Shown here: positions 1 to 8,212 of the stretch, piece after piece
How the letters are laid out: every line of letters starts with the position of its first letter
How positions within the stretch are numbered: position 1 is the stretch's first letter
Origin: a virus
Lineage: Duplodnaviria; Caudoviricetes
Length of the DNA stretch: 38,342 bases
IMG/VR virus record: IMGVR_UViG_3300038321_000169
Location: 1-38,342 of that record
Reading direction: 5' to 3' (one strand)
Notes under the pieces: model-generated
The model's input: only the letters and a program-made list of their open reading frames with translations
The model's database searches: none
What the model was told of the DNA's origin: nothing
Translations under genes and position numbers: made by a program

Positions 1-2
1 GT

Positions 3-100
3 AGGTTACTACATTAAAATATGATAAATCTGATGGATTGTATAAAGCTACATTTACAACACCATTAAGTATAAAATCTCAAGAACCCAAAACTTTAAGA
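3..100. repeat. Terminal direct repeat (98 bp identical to 38245-38342); circular contig overlap
   Basis: aggttactacattaaaat...caaaactttaaga at both ends; position 2 (T) differs from 38244 (C). Confidence 0.95.
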
Positions 101-1333
101 GTTTATAATTATCCTTCCAGTGGAGCACAAAACGCCGCTATAGATTGGATTAAACTTGAAAAAGGTTCTGTTAACACAGGGTGGACACCTGCTGAGGGAG
201 AACTTGAAGGAGTATCTTATAGTTTCACAGGTGATGCTGCTATCCTAAAAGGAGCAGGATTTATTATTTTGAATAATAATAGTGTACCTGTGATGCAAGG
301 AGATGCACAAGGTAACTTATCTATGACAGGAGACTTTACAACTTATAGCAGTGGACAGAAGGCTCTAGAGATGGTAAGTAATAATTTTAAATTATATGAT
401 TGGCAAGGAACAACTAGAAAAGAACCTGTCGGGCAAATATATTCTGCTAGAAGGAGAAGCGATGCAAATAAGCCGGGAATTAGTATAGCAAATGAAAAAA
501 ACGCTTATTTAACACTTGCTTATAGAGAAGATAATTCATACTATTCATACGTTGACTTTGATAAAAATAATGTATTAGGTAATTCAAAAGACTATCCAAT
601 TGTATTTTGGAAAAGACCATTGTTTCAAAATCCTGCAAGATTTGATGGCACTGTTTATTTCGGTGGACAAAGACATAAAATTTTTAATGCTACTGAGGGA
701 GCGTTAGTTATAGAAGTAAATGATGGAGATACGACTAGAGGTTTTACGTTACAAGGAGACACTCAAGGTTCTAAGGTTCTGGAGTTTAGGCCTTGGTGGA
801 AAGAAGAAATAATGCTCTGGAGAAATACTAAAGTAAATGAAGATTTCACAGTTGCAGGTTCTAAAAATGCAGTTCAAGCAACTGAAAATTATGGCGAAAG
901 ATTAATTAATGCCTATGAAACCGCCGAATATTTCTTTGGTGATATTGGAAGTGGAAAAATAGATGAAGGCGGTCTTTGTTATATTTATATTGATGATATT
1001 TTCCAGGAATGTGTTAATACAGAAATTGAATATCATGTGTTTTTACAAAAATGTGGTAATGGAGATATTTGGGTTAAAGAAAAAAATAAGTTTTATTTTA
1101 TAGTAGAAGGTACTCCTGGATTAAATTTTAGTTGGGAACTTAAAGCTAAGAGAAAGGGTTATGAGCAACACAGGTTGGAGCAGCCTGATAATCTTAACCT
1201 TGAGAGGGACGATTCTGTAAGCTTTGATAGAGATTTTGAACAAGAAGATAAGGAAGATAAAGAATTAGAAAGAATATATGGAGATAAGTTAAAATTTGAC
1301 TTGTCCGAATTACTATTAAAGGAGGTAGTGTAA
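5..1333 (+). CDS. C-terminal part of the tail tip/fibre protein that starts at 35706 (end of a CBM-like module plus C-terminal intramolecular chaperone-like domain)
   Basis: In frame with the 35706 ORF through the terminal overlap; KLEKG..TGWTPA module end; C-terminal SKNAVQ...FGDIG...FSWELKAKRKGYE typical of siphophage tail fibre ends. Confidence 0.8.
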   Translation, partial: VTTLKYDKSDGLYKATFTTPLSIKSQEPKTLRVYNYPSSGAQNAAIDWIKLEKGSVNTGWTPAEGELEGVSYSFTGDAAILKGAGFIILNNNSVPVMQGDAQGNLSMTGDFTTYSSGQKALEMVSNNFKLYDWQGTTRKEPVGQIYSARRRSDANKPGISIANEKNAYLTLAYREDNSYYSYVDFDKNNVLGNSKDYPIVFWKRPLFQNPARFDGTVYFGGQRHKIFNATEGALVIEVNDGDTTRGFTLQGDTQGSKVLEFRPWWKEEIMLWRNTKVNEDFTVAGSKNAVQATENYGERLINAYETAEYFFGDIGSGKIDEGGLCYIYIDDIFQECVNTEIEYHVFLQKCGNGDIWVKEKNKFYFIVEGTPGLNFSWELKAKRKGYEQHRLEQPDNLNLERDDSVSFDRDFEQEDKEDKELERIYGDKLKFDLSELLLKEVV

Positions 1334-1539
1334 TGAAGATTTTAACAGGTTTTGCAGTAATAAATAATAGGAATGGTAAAATGATATCATATACCTATGA
1401 CACAGTAGACGAGAAGGGAAATTTAAAAGATTCAAATAATAAGGAAAGCTTTGTAGTATTAGAAGGTGAAGAGGAATTAAAAACAGCAGTAGAAGGGCTA
1501 GAGCAATTAGTAGAAAAGAGAATGAATGAAGAAGATTAA
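1333..1539 (+). CDS. Small hypothetical phage protein following the tail fibre
   Basis: 68 aa ORF, GGAGG RBS, TAATG coupling. Confidence 0.75.
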   Translation: MKILTGFAVINNRNGKMISYTYDTVDEKGNLKDSNNKESFVVLEGEEELKTAVEGLEQLVEKRMNEED

Positions 1540-1560
1540 GCCTTAAAGGGCTTATTTTTT
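1537..1560 (+). terminator. Putative intrinsic terminator between tail and lysis genes
   Basis: TAAGCCT-taaa-GGGCTTA stem followed by T6. Confidence 0.55.
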
Positions 1561-1582
1561 ATATGAAATTTGGAGGTGGCTT

Positions 1583-1813
1583 ATGGAAAGTGAAGTTATA
1601 GTAGCATTTATGGCTTTAATTGGTTCAGCTATAGGAACTGTTGGAGGAATTATGGCTTCGAGTAAGCTTACTAATCATAGGCTAGAACAATTAGAGAAAA
1701 AAGTAGATAAACATAATACAGTAATAGAAAGAACTTTTGTTTTAGAGGAAAAAATGAAAGTTGCTAATCATAGAATTGATGATTTAGAAGAAGTTACAAG
1801 GGAGGTAATTTAA
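1583..1813 (+). CDS. Holin-like small membrane protein (one N-terminal TM plus coiled coil)
   Basis: Hydrophobic N-terminus, RLEQLEKKVDKHN motif, position in lysis module, GGAGG RBS. Confidence 0.65.
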   Translation: MESEVIVAFMALIGSAIGTVGGIMASSKLTNHRLEQLEKKVDKHNTVIERTFVLEEKMKVANHRIDDLEEVTREVI

Positions 1814-2112
1814 TGAATGATTTTATGACTGTTGAAACATTAAGCACCTTTGCTGGGTTAGTAGCGGCAGTATCTATTATAGTCCAGTTTACAAAACCAC
1901 TCATAAAAAAGAATTTTATTGATGGAGCTGTAAGGATATATACATTTGTTATTTCCTTAATTTTAACTTTTGTGTTTGCAAGAACTGGACAAGGGTTGCA
2001 AGGGATATTACTGACAGTAATAAATTCGATATTAATTGCTATGTCAGCCATGGGAGCTTATGAAACTATAGCTGACCCTTTAGGTGAAAAATCAAAAGGA
2101 GAGGATTTATAA
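1813..2112 (+). CDS. Holin
   Basis: 99 aa, three hydrophobic segments, directly upstream of and coupled to endolysin. Confidence 0.75.
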   Translation: MNDFMTVETLSTFAGLVAAVSIIVQFTKPLIKKNFIDGAVRIYTFVISLILTFVFARTGQGLQGILLTVINSILIAMSAMGAYETIADPLGEKSKGEDL

Positions 2113-3248
2113 TGGCAGATAGAATATTAACAGTTGATCAACTTATTAATGAACTTAAAAACTATAATCATGTGGAACTTCATGTACATCATACATGGAG
2201 ACCAGATCATTCAAATTGGAGACAAAGATCTGATGCTCAATACTGGCAAAATAGTATGAGAAACTACCATGTAAACACTCTAGGATGGGAAGATATAGGA
2301 CAACATGTTACATTAACACCAGATGGAAAATTTATAACTGGTAGGAACTTTGGGAGACAACCTGCAAGTATAAAAGGCTATAATTCAATTAATGGTGGAA
2401 TACCTTTTATGGTTGAAATGCTTGGAAACTTTGATATTGGTAATGATAAATTTGAAGGATCTCAAAAAGCTAGTATATTAAAATTAGCAAAATGGTTTGA
2501 TGATAGAGGTAAGTATATTAGATTTCATAGAGAAAATGCTTCTAAAACTTGTCCTGGAACTGGAATAGATAAAGCTCAATTTATGAGAGAAGTAAGAGGA
2601 CAAATTTCAAGTGGAGATGGTGGACCTAATAATAATACATCTACAGTATTGAAAATAGGTAGTAGAGGAACAGAAGTAAGATATTTACAAATGAACCTTA
2701 ACGGTTTAGGATACAAAGGGGTATCTATAGATGGAATTTATGGTACAGGCACAGCAGATGCAGTAAGAAGATTTCAAACAGCTTATGGACTATCTGCTGA
2801 TGGTATAGCTGGACCTAATACACTAAATAAAATGGATTCTATAATAAGAGGATTACAAAGCAATTTAAATAAACTAGGCTACAATGTAGGAAGTATTGAT
2901 GGAGTCTTTGGTAATAGTACTAAAAATGCAGTAATAGCTTTTCAAAGAGATAATGGACTTACAGCAGATGGAATACCAGGGAAGAATACTTTTGCTAAGA
3001 TAGAAGAAGTTATAAAAAATAAAGATTCAGATAAAAACAGATTATACAGAGTTCAAGTAGGGGCATTTGGTGTAAGAGACAATGCCCAAAAGTTAGTTGA
3101 TGAATTAAGATGTAAAGGTTATGATGCTATAATAGTGCAAGATGGAGGGCTTTATAAAGTTCAAACTGGTGCATTTAGTAAGAGAGAAAATGCGGACAAC
3201 CTAGTTTCACAATTAAAGAAAGATGGATTTGAAGCTATAGTGATATAA
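2112..3248 (+). CDS. Endolysin: N-acetylmuramoyl-L-alanine amidase (Amidase_2 type) + 2 PG_binding_1 + 2 SPOR-like domains
   Basis: HVHHT, FHRE..KTCPG Zn ligands; DGIYG..T..AVRRFQ and DGVFG..TKNAVIAFQ; YRVQVGAF / YKVQTGAF. Confidence 0.92.
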   Translation: MADRILTVDQLINELKNYNHVELHVHHTWRPDHSNWRQRSDAQYWQNSMRNYHVNTLGWEDIGQHVTLTPDGKFITGRNFGRQPASIKGYNSINGGIPFMVEMLGNFDIGNDKFEGSQKASILKLAKWFDDRGKYIRFHRENASKTCPGTGIDKAQFMREVRGQISSGDGGPNNNTSTVLKIGSRGTEVRYLQMNLNGLGYKGVSIDGIYGTGTADAVRRFQTAYGLSADGIAGPNTLNKMDSIIRGLQSNLNKLGYNVGSIDGVFGNSTKNAVIAFQRDNGLTADGIPGKNTFAKIEEVIKNKDSDKNRLYRVQVGAFGVRDNAQKLVDELRCKGYDAIIVQDGGLYKVQTGAFSKRENADNLVSQLKKDGFEAIVI

Positions 3249-3253
3249 TTTAT

Positions 3254-3282
3254 GACCTGGTTTAATTACCAGGTCTTTTTTT
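3254..3282 (+). terminator. Intrinsic terminator ending the lysis operon
   Basis: GACCTGGT-ttaatt-ACCAGGTC + T7. Confidence 0.85.
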
Positions 3283-3315
3283 ATTTAAGAAAGAACCAAA
3301 ATAGTTTTAAATTAT

Positions 3316-3346
3316 ACTTGACCTACGTCAAGTCGCTTGATATAAT
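3316..3346 (+). promoter_or_regulatory. SigA-type promoter with operator palindrome over the -35 box
   Basis: TTGACC(3318)-17 nt-TATAAT(3341) with TG extension; ACTTGAC-N4-GTCAAGT at 3316-3333. Confidence 0.8.
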
Positions 3347-3368
3347 ATAATTAAAGGAGGTGAGAAAA

Positions 3369-3482
3369 GTGGGTAAGAAAAAAGAAAAAGAAAAGGAACT
3401 TAATTTAATACTAGCAACAGCCATAATCAACTTAATAATCACACTTATTGGGTTGATTGAGAAATTGCTAGATATTAAATAA
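3369..3482 (+). CDS. 37-aa single-TM peptide, type I toxin-like (MGKKKEKEKELNLILATAIINLIITLIGLIEKLLDIK)
   Basis: AAAGGAGGTGA RBS, GTG start, hydrophobic helix; below ORF-track cutoff. Confidence 0.7.
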   Translation: MGKKKEKEKELNLILATAIINLIITLIGLIEKLLDIK

Positions 3483-3522
3483 GTTCCAATTAGAGGGGAG
3501 AAGTCCCCTCTCCCTTAAATAT

Positions 3523-3551
3523 ATTTTATAATATCTTACCCATTAAATCAA
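3523..3551 (-). promoter_or_regulatory. Antisense promoter pointing into the 37-aa peptide gene
   Basis: Minus strand TTGATT (3551-3546)-17 nt-TAAAAT (3528-3523). Confidence 0.55.
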
Positions 3552-3701
3552 ATGAATATAATTATATTATTATTATTAATTAGCTCTATCCTAAATACAA
3601 TATCGGCATTTGTAAATACTAATCTTATATTTAAAATTATAAACTTAGGAATATCTATAATAACCTTTATACTTGCACAGAAAAAATATAGGGGGAATTA
3701 A
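3552..3701 (+). CDS. 49-aa two-TM hydrophobic peptide
   Basis: Open frame MNIIILLLLISSILNTISAFVNTNLIFKIINLGISIITFILAQKKYRGN; no clear RBS. Confidence 0.5.
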   Translation: MNIIILLLLISSILNTISAFVNTNLIFKIINLGISIITFILAQKKYRGN

Positions 3702-3704
3702 ATT

Positions 3705-3908
3705 ATGTCATATAATTTTGAAACTAAAAAAGAGTTAATTGATTATATTTCTAGTGAAGTTTTGACTACTTCAGAAGCAGTAAAACTATTAAGTTGTTCT
3801 AGACAGTATATTAATCAATTAGTTAAAGAGAAAAAACTACTTCCAATTAAAAAAGCTGGCAACACTACTTTGTTTTTAAAATCTGATTTATTAAAGATTA
3901 AATCTTAG
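3705..3908 (+). CDS. Small HTH (HTH_17/excisionase-like) DNA-binding protein
   Basis: VLTTSEAVKLLSCSRQYINQLVKEKKL motif; AGGGGG RBS. Confidence 0.8.
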   Translation: MSYNFETKKELIDYISSEVLTTSEAVKLLSCSRQYINQLVKEKKLLPIKKAGNTTLFLKSDLLKIKS

Positions 3909-3936
3909 GCTCTAGAAATCAATCTAGAGCCTTTTT
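3907..3936 (+). terminator. Intrinsic terminator of the three-gene cassette
   Basis: AGGCTCTAGA-aatcaa-TCTAGAGCCT + T run. Confidence 0.85.
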
Positions 3937-4090
3937 CTTATTTTAGCTAAACTTGCACAAAACCGACCTTCTATTCTCCTTGTATATGATTTATTTTAAC
4001 CCTACAATACAATTACATTCTGATTGCATTAAAACTCAATATAAGCTAAATACAAGCGTTACAATAGGTTTATATCATTTTGTGCTTATC

Positions 4091-4119
4091 TTTACGTTGA
4101 ACTCATGTTCTGGTATAAT
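4091..4119 (+). promoter_or_regulatory. Promoter containing a Firmicute LexA (SOS) box
   Basis: TTTACG-17 nt-TATAAT with TG extension; GAAC-TCAT-GTTC at 4099-4110 in the spacer. Confidence 0.7.
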
Positions 4120-4148
4120 TGTTATAGAAAAAATAGGAGGAGATTTGT

Positions 4149-4373
4149 ATGTTAGAAGAAAAAGAGTTGCAAATTATTAAAAATAAAATAAAAAATAAAA
4201 TTTCACTAGAGATAGATGAAATTTCTCAATATCTTAATATAGAAGAAAGATTAATAAAAAATATATTTGTTATATATAAAGCATTTGGAAGAAAATCAGT
4301 AGAGAGTATAACATCATCTATTTCTTCATTAGATAATGTTATTAAATTAGGATGTCCAAATGTAATTAATTAA
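4149..4373 (+). CDS. Hypothetical 74-aa protein, possibly HTH-like, probably SOS-controlled
   Basis: AGGAGG RBS, own promoter and terminator. Confidence 0.7.
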   Translation: MLEEKELQIIKNKIKNKISLEIDEISQYLNIEERLIKNIFVIYKAFGRKSVESITSSISSLDNVIKLGCPNVIN

Positions 4374-4407
4374 AAAAAGACTAGCTAATATAAAGCTAGT
4401 CTTTTTT
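4372..4407. terminator. Bidirectional intrinsic terminator
   Basis: A7-GACTAGCT-aatataa-AGCTAGTC-T6. Confidence 0.85.
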
Positions 4408-4409
4408 GA

Positions 4410-4634
4410 CGTCAAAAATTCGTCAAAAATAAATTTATAAATATGACTTGGAATGTTTAATAGTTTTAAATCTATTTTAATTAAGCTGTGTATTTTGTCA
4501 TGTTTGTATTGAAATGTTTGAAAATGTTTTTTAAAATAAACTTATTGATTATTTTACCACAAAACATTATATTAGTCTAAAATGTGGCTATTTTGCTAGA
4601 TTAAACACTGTGTCGTCAAAAAAACGTCAAAAAA
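4410..4634. other. Putative attP with integrase arm-type sites
   Basis: Paired direct repeats CGTCAAAAA, 11 bp apart, at 4410/4421 and 4614/4625, flanking an AT-rich spacer next to the integrase stop. Confidence 0.7.
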
Positions 4635-5700
4635 TTTGATTAACTTTTTTAGCTCCCGCTATTGCCATATCTTCCGTAAAGTGTGAATATGCTTTTATGA
4701 CAGTCTCTACAGTATCGCCCATGAATTGAGCCACCGTTTGAAAATCAATCCCATTTGCAATAAGAGTGGTAGCATAAGTATGTCTCAAATCGTGTGCAGA
4801 GTTATCAAGTCCTAGCTTTCCCATTTTGTAAGAAATTCTTGCAGTAGTTGCATTTGTATTTTTATCAGGCAAAATCTTTCTATCAAGGTTTTTTACATTA
4901 GAATTTAAATATTTTTTTAATGGTTCTATTGCTGTATTAGGAATTGGGATTATTCTATTTTGTGATTTTACAGTACCAAAGCCATACTCACCGTTTTTTA
5001 ACTTTTTCCATTGCTTGTTTATGTCAACCTCACGTTTTTTAAAATCTATATCATATTCACATAGACCTACAACTTCTCCTATTCTCATTCCGCAATGAGA
5101 AGCAAGTAGGCAAACTATATAATCTCTCTCAGGGCGTATATTAGCTAGGAGATAGTCCAATTCTGACCTAGTCAGAGCTTTCACTTTTTTATCTTTTTTA
5201 ATTTTAGGAAGTATTATATCATTTGCGATTGGATTTTCTGTTATTATTTTGTATGGTTTTATTGCAGATTTAAATAAAATTTTTAATTTTGATACATATA
5301 GTTTTATTGTACTTGGTTCTAAATCTTCTTTCATCATCTGATTTATACAGTTTTGAACATGAGCAAACTCAATATTTTCCATTATCATGTTGTCTAGAGC
5401 GTTAAATTTAGCAAAAGCTACTTTATAATTTGTGATAGTATTATCCTCCCGATACGGCTCTAAATCTGATAAAAACATTTCTTTAAATTGCCCTAAAGTA
5501 ATTTTGTCATGCCCTTCTGTAAGCTTTATTTCATTCTTCTTCTTCATCTCTTCTACTCTTTCATCTGCTGCTAACTTGGCTAAAGGTTTAGTTCTGAATC
5601 CTTGTTTACTTCCCGCATACTTCCATCTGCCATCTTTTTTTATGCTTATAATATATTGCCACCCTTTATCTTTTTTTCTATAAGTCACATTATATTGCAT
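4627..5700 (-). CDS. int: Tyrosine recombinase / phage integrase
   Basis: GMRIGE (R), HDLRHTYAT (HxxR), C-terminal AYSH; N-terminal arm-binding domain with KQGFRTK. Confidence 0.95.
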   Translation of the reverse strand: MQYNVTYRKKDKGWQYIISIKKDGRWKYAGSKQGFRTKPLAKLAADERVEEMKKKNEIKLTEGHDKITLGQFKEMFLSDLEPYREDNTITNYKVAFAKFNALDNMIMENIEFAHVQNCINQMMKEDLEPSTIKLYVSKLKILFKSAIKPYKIITENPIANDIILPKIKKDKKVKALTRSELDYLLANIRPERDYIVCLLASHCGMRIGEVVGLCEYDIDFKKREVDINKQWKKLKNGEYGFGTVKSQNRIIPIPNTAIEPLKKYLNSNVKNLDRKILPDKNTNATTARISYKMGKLGLDNSAHDLRHTYATTLIANGIDFQTVAQFMGDTVETVIKAYSHFTEDMAIAGAKKVNQIF

Positions 5701-5732
5701 TTTTTTATCCTTCCTCCTTACATATAAGAATA

Positions 5733-5761
5733 AGAGAGGTATTCTGCAGTTATACCTCTCT
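5733..5761 (-). terminator. Hairpin between repressor and integrase (weak terminator/attenuator)
   Basis: AGAGAGGTAT-N9-ATACCTCTCT; poor U-tract. Confidence 0.45.
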
Positions 5762-5766
5762 ATTGA

Positions 5767-6360
5767 TTATATTTGGTGTAGTACTGCTGATAGTTTACCT
5801 AAAATCCTAATATCTCCATTTGTAAATGTTTTTGGAGGATATTTAGAATTTTCAGCAACTAAAGTTATACTCCCATTTTGTTTATAGACTCTTTTTAAAG
5901 TTGCTTCATTTTCAATTAATACTGCCCCTATTTCTCCATTTTCTAAATCTGGCTGTCTTTTTATAAATGCAATATCTCCTTCGTAAATGCCTACATTAAT
6001 CATAGAATCGCCTTTTACCTTTAATGCAAAATCTGTTTTGACGCTATTATCTATTACGAAATAATCTTCTATGTTTTCAACAGCTAAAGTAGGAATCCCA
6101 GCTGCGATTGTACCTACTATAGGAACTTTGTTTGTACGACTTTCTTTTTCGCTGTTTTCTAAATCTACAGTATAGAGCGTATTCATGTCTACATTATATA
6201 ATTCAGACAACTTACTTAATTTTTCTAAAGAGGGTTCAGATGTCCCCATTTCCCATTTTTGAATTGTAGTATAAGACTTATAACCAAACATATCAGCTAT
6301 ATAATCTTGTGAAAAATTATGTTTTAATCTTAGGTATTTTAAATTTTTTGATAGATACAT
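5767..6360 (-). CDS. CI-like repressor: XRE HTH + S24 peptidase (LexA-like, self-cleaving)
   Basis: N-terminal HTH; IAAGIP cleavage site, GDSM serine, TLKR lysine. Confidence 0.93.
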   Translation of the reverse strand: MYLSKNLKYLRLKHNFSQDYIADMFGYKSYTTIQKWEMGTSEPSLEKLSKLSELYNVDMNTLYTVDLENSEKESRTNKVPIVGTIAAGIPTLAVENIEDYFVIDNSVKTDFALKVKGDSMINVGIYEGDIAFIKRQPDLENGEIGAVLIENEATLKRVYKQNGSITLVAENSKYPPKTFTNGDIRILGKLSAVLHQI

Positions 6361-6383
6361 TTCTTCACCTCCTTACATTATAT

Positions 6384-6412
6384 ATTATACAATATATAAG
6401 AATAATATTCAA
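6384..6412 (-). promoter_or_regulatory. Lysogenic (repressor) promoter
   Basis: Minus strand TTGAAT-17 nt-TATAAT upstream of AAGGAGGTGA RBS. Confidence 0.7.
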
Positions 6413-6460
6413 TAAAAAGAGAAAAAATATAAAAAAGACATGATTTTTTTTCTAAAACGC

Positions 6461-6489
6461 TTGACACATGAAAAATATTCATGTATAAT
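6461..6489 (+). promoter_or_regulatory. Early lytic promoter with operator O1
   Basis: Perfect TTGACA-17 nt-TATAAT; spacer is the palindrome ACATGAA-aaata-TTCATGT (6466-6484). Confidence 0.9.
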
Positions 6490-6511
6490 TAAAAGTACAG
6501 GAGGTGAGGAA

Positions 6512-6709
6512 ATGAAGTTTACACTAAAAGAGTTAAGGGCACGAAAAGATAAAACACAAAGAGAAGTAGCAGATGAGTTAGGAATATCATTACAAACCTA
6601 TAATTCATGGGAACAAGATATTTCTAACGTTGCAGTAAGTAAAGTTTATGCTGTTGCAGAATATTACGGAGTTACTATAGACCAGATTGTACTTACTAGA
6701 ATTGCTTGA
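6512..6709 (+). CDS. Cro-like XRE HTH regulator
   Basis: TLKELRAR..KTQREVADELGIS..TYNSWE; start moved to ATG 6512 behind GGAGGTG. Confidence 0.88.
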   Translation: MKFTLKELRARKDKTQREVADELGISLQTYNSWEQDISNVAVSKVYAVAEYYGVTIDQIVLTRIA

Positions 6710-6724
6710 TTTTTTTTGGTTAAT

Positions 6725-6743
6725 ACATGAATATTTTTCATGT
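6725..6743. promoter_or_regulatory. Operator O2, exact inverted copy of O1
   Basis: ACATGAATATTTTTCATGT = reverse complement of 6466-6484. Confidence 0.85.
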
Positions 6744-6765
6744 AAATAAAAAGGAGGTTAAGAAG

Positions 6766-7566
6766 ATGAATGATTTACAAATAAAAAACATTGACTTTTA
6801 TGGTGGAGAAATATTAGGGGTTAAAACTGTAGAGGGAAAAATTTATATGGGAGTGTCTAAGGCTTGTTACGATATAGGACTTACTGAAAGTCAGAAAGAC
6901 AATGAAGTGGCTAAAATTCAAAGGGATGTAGTTTTAAAACAAGGGTGTAAAAAGCTCCCCCTTAAATTTGAAGGACAGGTCAGACATGTTTTATGTATTG
7001 AAATAGGATTCATTCCGTTATGGTTGGCGAAGATTTCAATTACACCTAATATGCAAAAAGAAAATCCGAGAACAGTAGAAAGATTAGTTAAGTATCAATT
7101 AGAAGCTAAAGATGTTTTAGAGCAAGTTTTTATAGAGAAAAAGCAACCATTAAAAATTGACAGTAAATTTATGTATCAAATAGCAGAGCAACTAGAGGAA
7201 AAAGAAAAACGGATAGCAGAGCAAAAGAAGGAAATAGAGCATAAAACAGAGGTAATAAAAGGCGTTACAGATGATATAGATGTTTACACTAAGAGAAATA
7301 TTATAAATAAAGTAGTTAGGTATAAAGGAGCTAATTTTGCTGATAGATGGAATGAGTTATACGACAGATTTAGAGAAGTACATTCTATAGATTTAAAAGC
7401 TAGATGTCATGGTTATAACTTAAAGCAAAAGAAAAAGAAGGACAAGTTATCAGTCATTAAATATGCTGAAAAATGTGGATATATAGATGATTTATACAAA
7501 ATAGCTTTAAAACTTTATGAAACTGATATTAATGAAATTTTAAAACACTTACAGAAGATAGCATAA
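6766..7566 (+). CDS. Phage antirepressor (P22 AR N-terminal-type domain)
   Basis: IDFYGGEI...IYMGV..AC..IGL...IPLWLAKI...LVKYQLEAKDVL; AAGGAGG RBS before ATG 6766. Confidence 0.8.
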   Translation: MNDLQIKNIDFYGGEILGVKTVEGKIYMGVSKACYDIGLTESQKDNEVAKIQRDVVLKQGCKKLPLKFEGQVRHVLCIEIGFIPLWLAKISITPNMQKENPRTVERLVKYQLEAKDVLEQVFIEKKQPLKIDSKFMYQIAEQLEEKEKRIAEQKKEIEHKTEVIKGVTDDIDVYTKRNIINKVVRYKGANFADRWNELYDRFREVHSIDLKARCHGYNLKQKKKKDKLSVIKYAEKCGYIDDLYKIALKLYETDINEILKHLQKIA

Positions 7567-7569
7567 GGG

Positions 7570-8199
7570 GTGAGAGAATTGAAAAAATATTTTTTATACA
7601 AAAGAAGCTTTGCAGATGCTATACAAAAATATCACAAAACGTCAAATATAAAATTAAAAAGAGATTATATAAAAAAATCAGCCTTTTATGGGGTAAAGTC
7701 AGTTGTATCTCAACGTAGGCAAACATTAAATTTTAAAGAAGATTATGAAGCACAATTTCACTTTATAGAATTAGTTAATTTGATTATTGGGTTATTAACT
7801 CCTAATGAATTTATGAACATATTCCCGATAGAAAAGGATTATGACGGGCATAAATGGGGAAGCAAGGATTACTTTTATACTAAAAAATACATTAATACCT
7901 TAAATAGAAATGAGCCTATAGGAAGTGAAGAAAATGTAATGAAATTCCTTTGGGAATATCATAATTGGGAAACTAAAGAATTTACAGTTGCTACTATGAT
8001 GTGTATTAGTGGATTACGAAGATTTCAAGGATTACCCTCTTTAGCAGAAGAATGGGCAGCAGAAAACAATATAAAGACTTATAACATGCATACAGATGAC
8101 AAAGGCAATCAATTTTTATTAGATGGCGAAACAGGTAGGACCATAAAGGTTGAAAAGCCTAAACCTAGGCGACCTAAACATTTTAAGGTTATTAAGTAA
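7570..8199 (+). CDS. Hypothetical phage protein
   Basis: 209-aa ORF in early operon; start could be TTG 7579. Confidence 0.75.
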   Translation: MRELKKYFLYKRSFADAIQKYHKTSNIKLKRDYIKKSAFYGVKSVVSQRRQTLNFKEDYEAQFHFIELVNLIIGLLTPNEFMNIFPIEKDYDGHKWGSKDYFYTKKYINTLNRNEPIGSEENVMKFLWEYHNWETKEFTVATMMCISGLRRFQGLPSLAEEWAAENNIKTYNMHTDDKGNQFLLDGETGRTIKVEKPKPRRPKHFKVIK

Positions 8200-8212
8200 G
8201 GGAGGTTTAAAA

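Noticed and set aside
2-4. In-frame TAG as evidence of genome-wide stop codon reassignment
   Set aside because: The other copy reads CAG, genes are intact under code 11, and TAG ends many genes directly before the next RBS
3953-4180. 75-aa ORF in the track
   Set aside because: TTG start without RBS; runs through the SOS-box promoter and overlaps the better-supported 4149 gene
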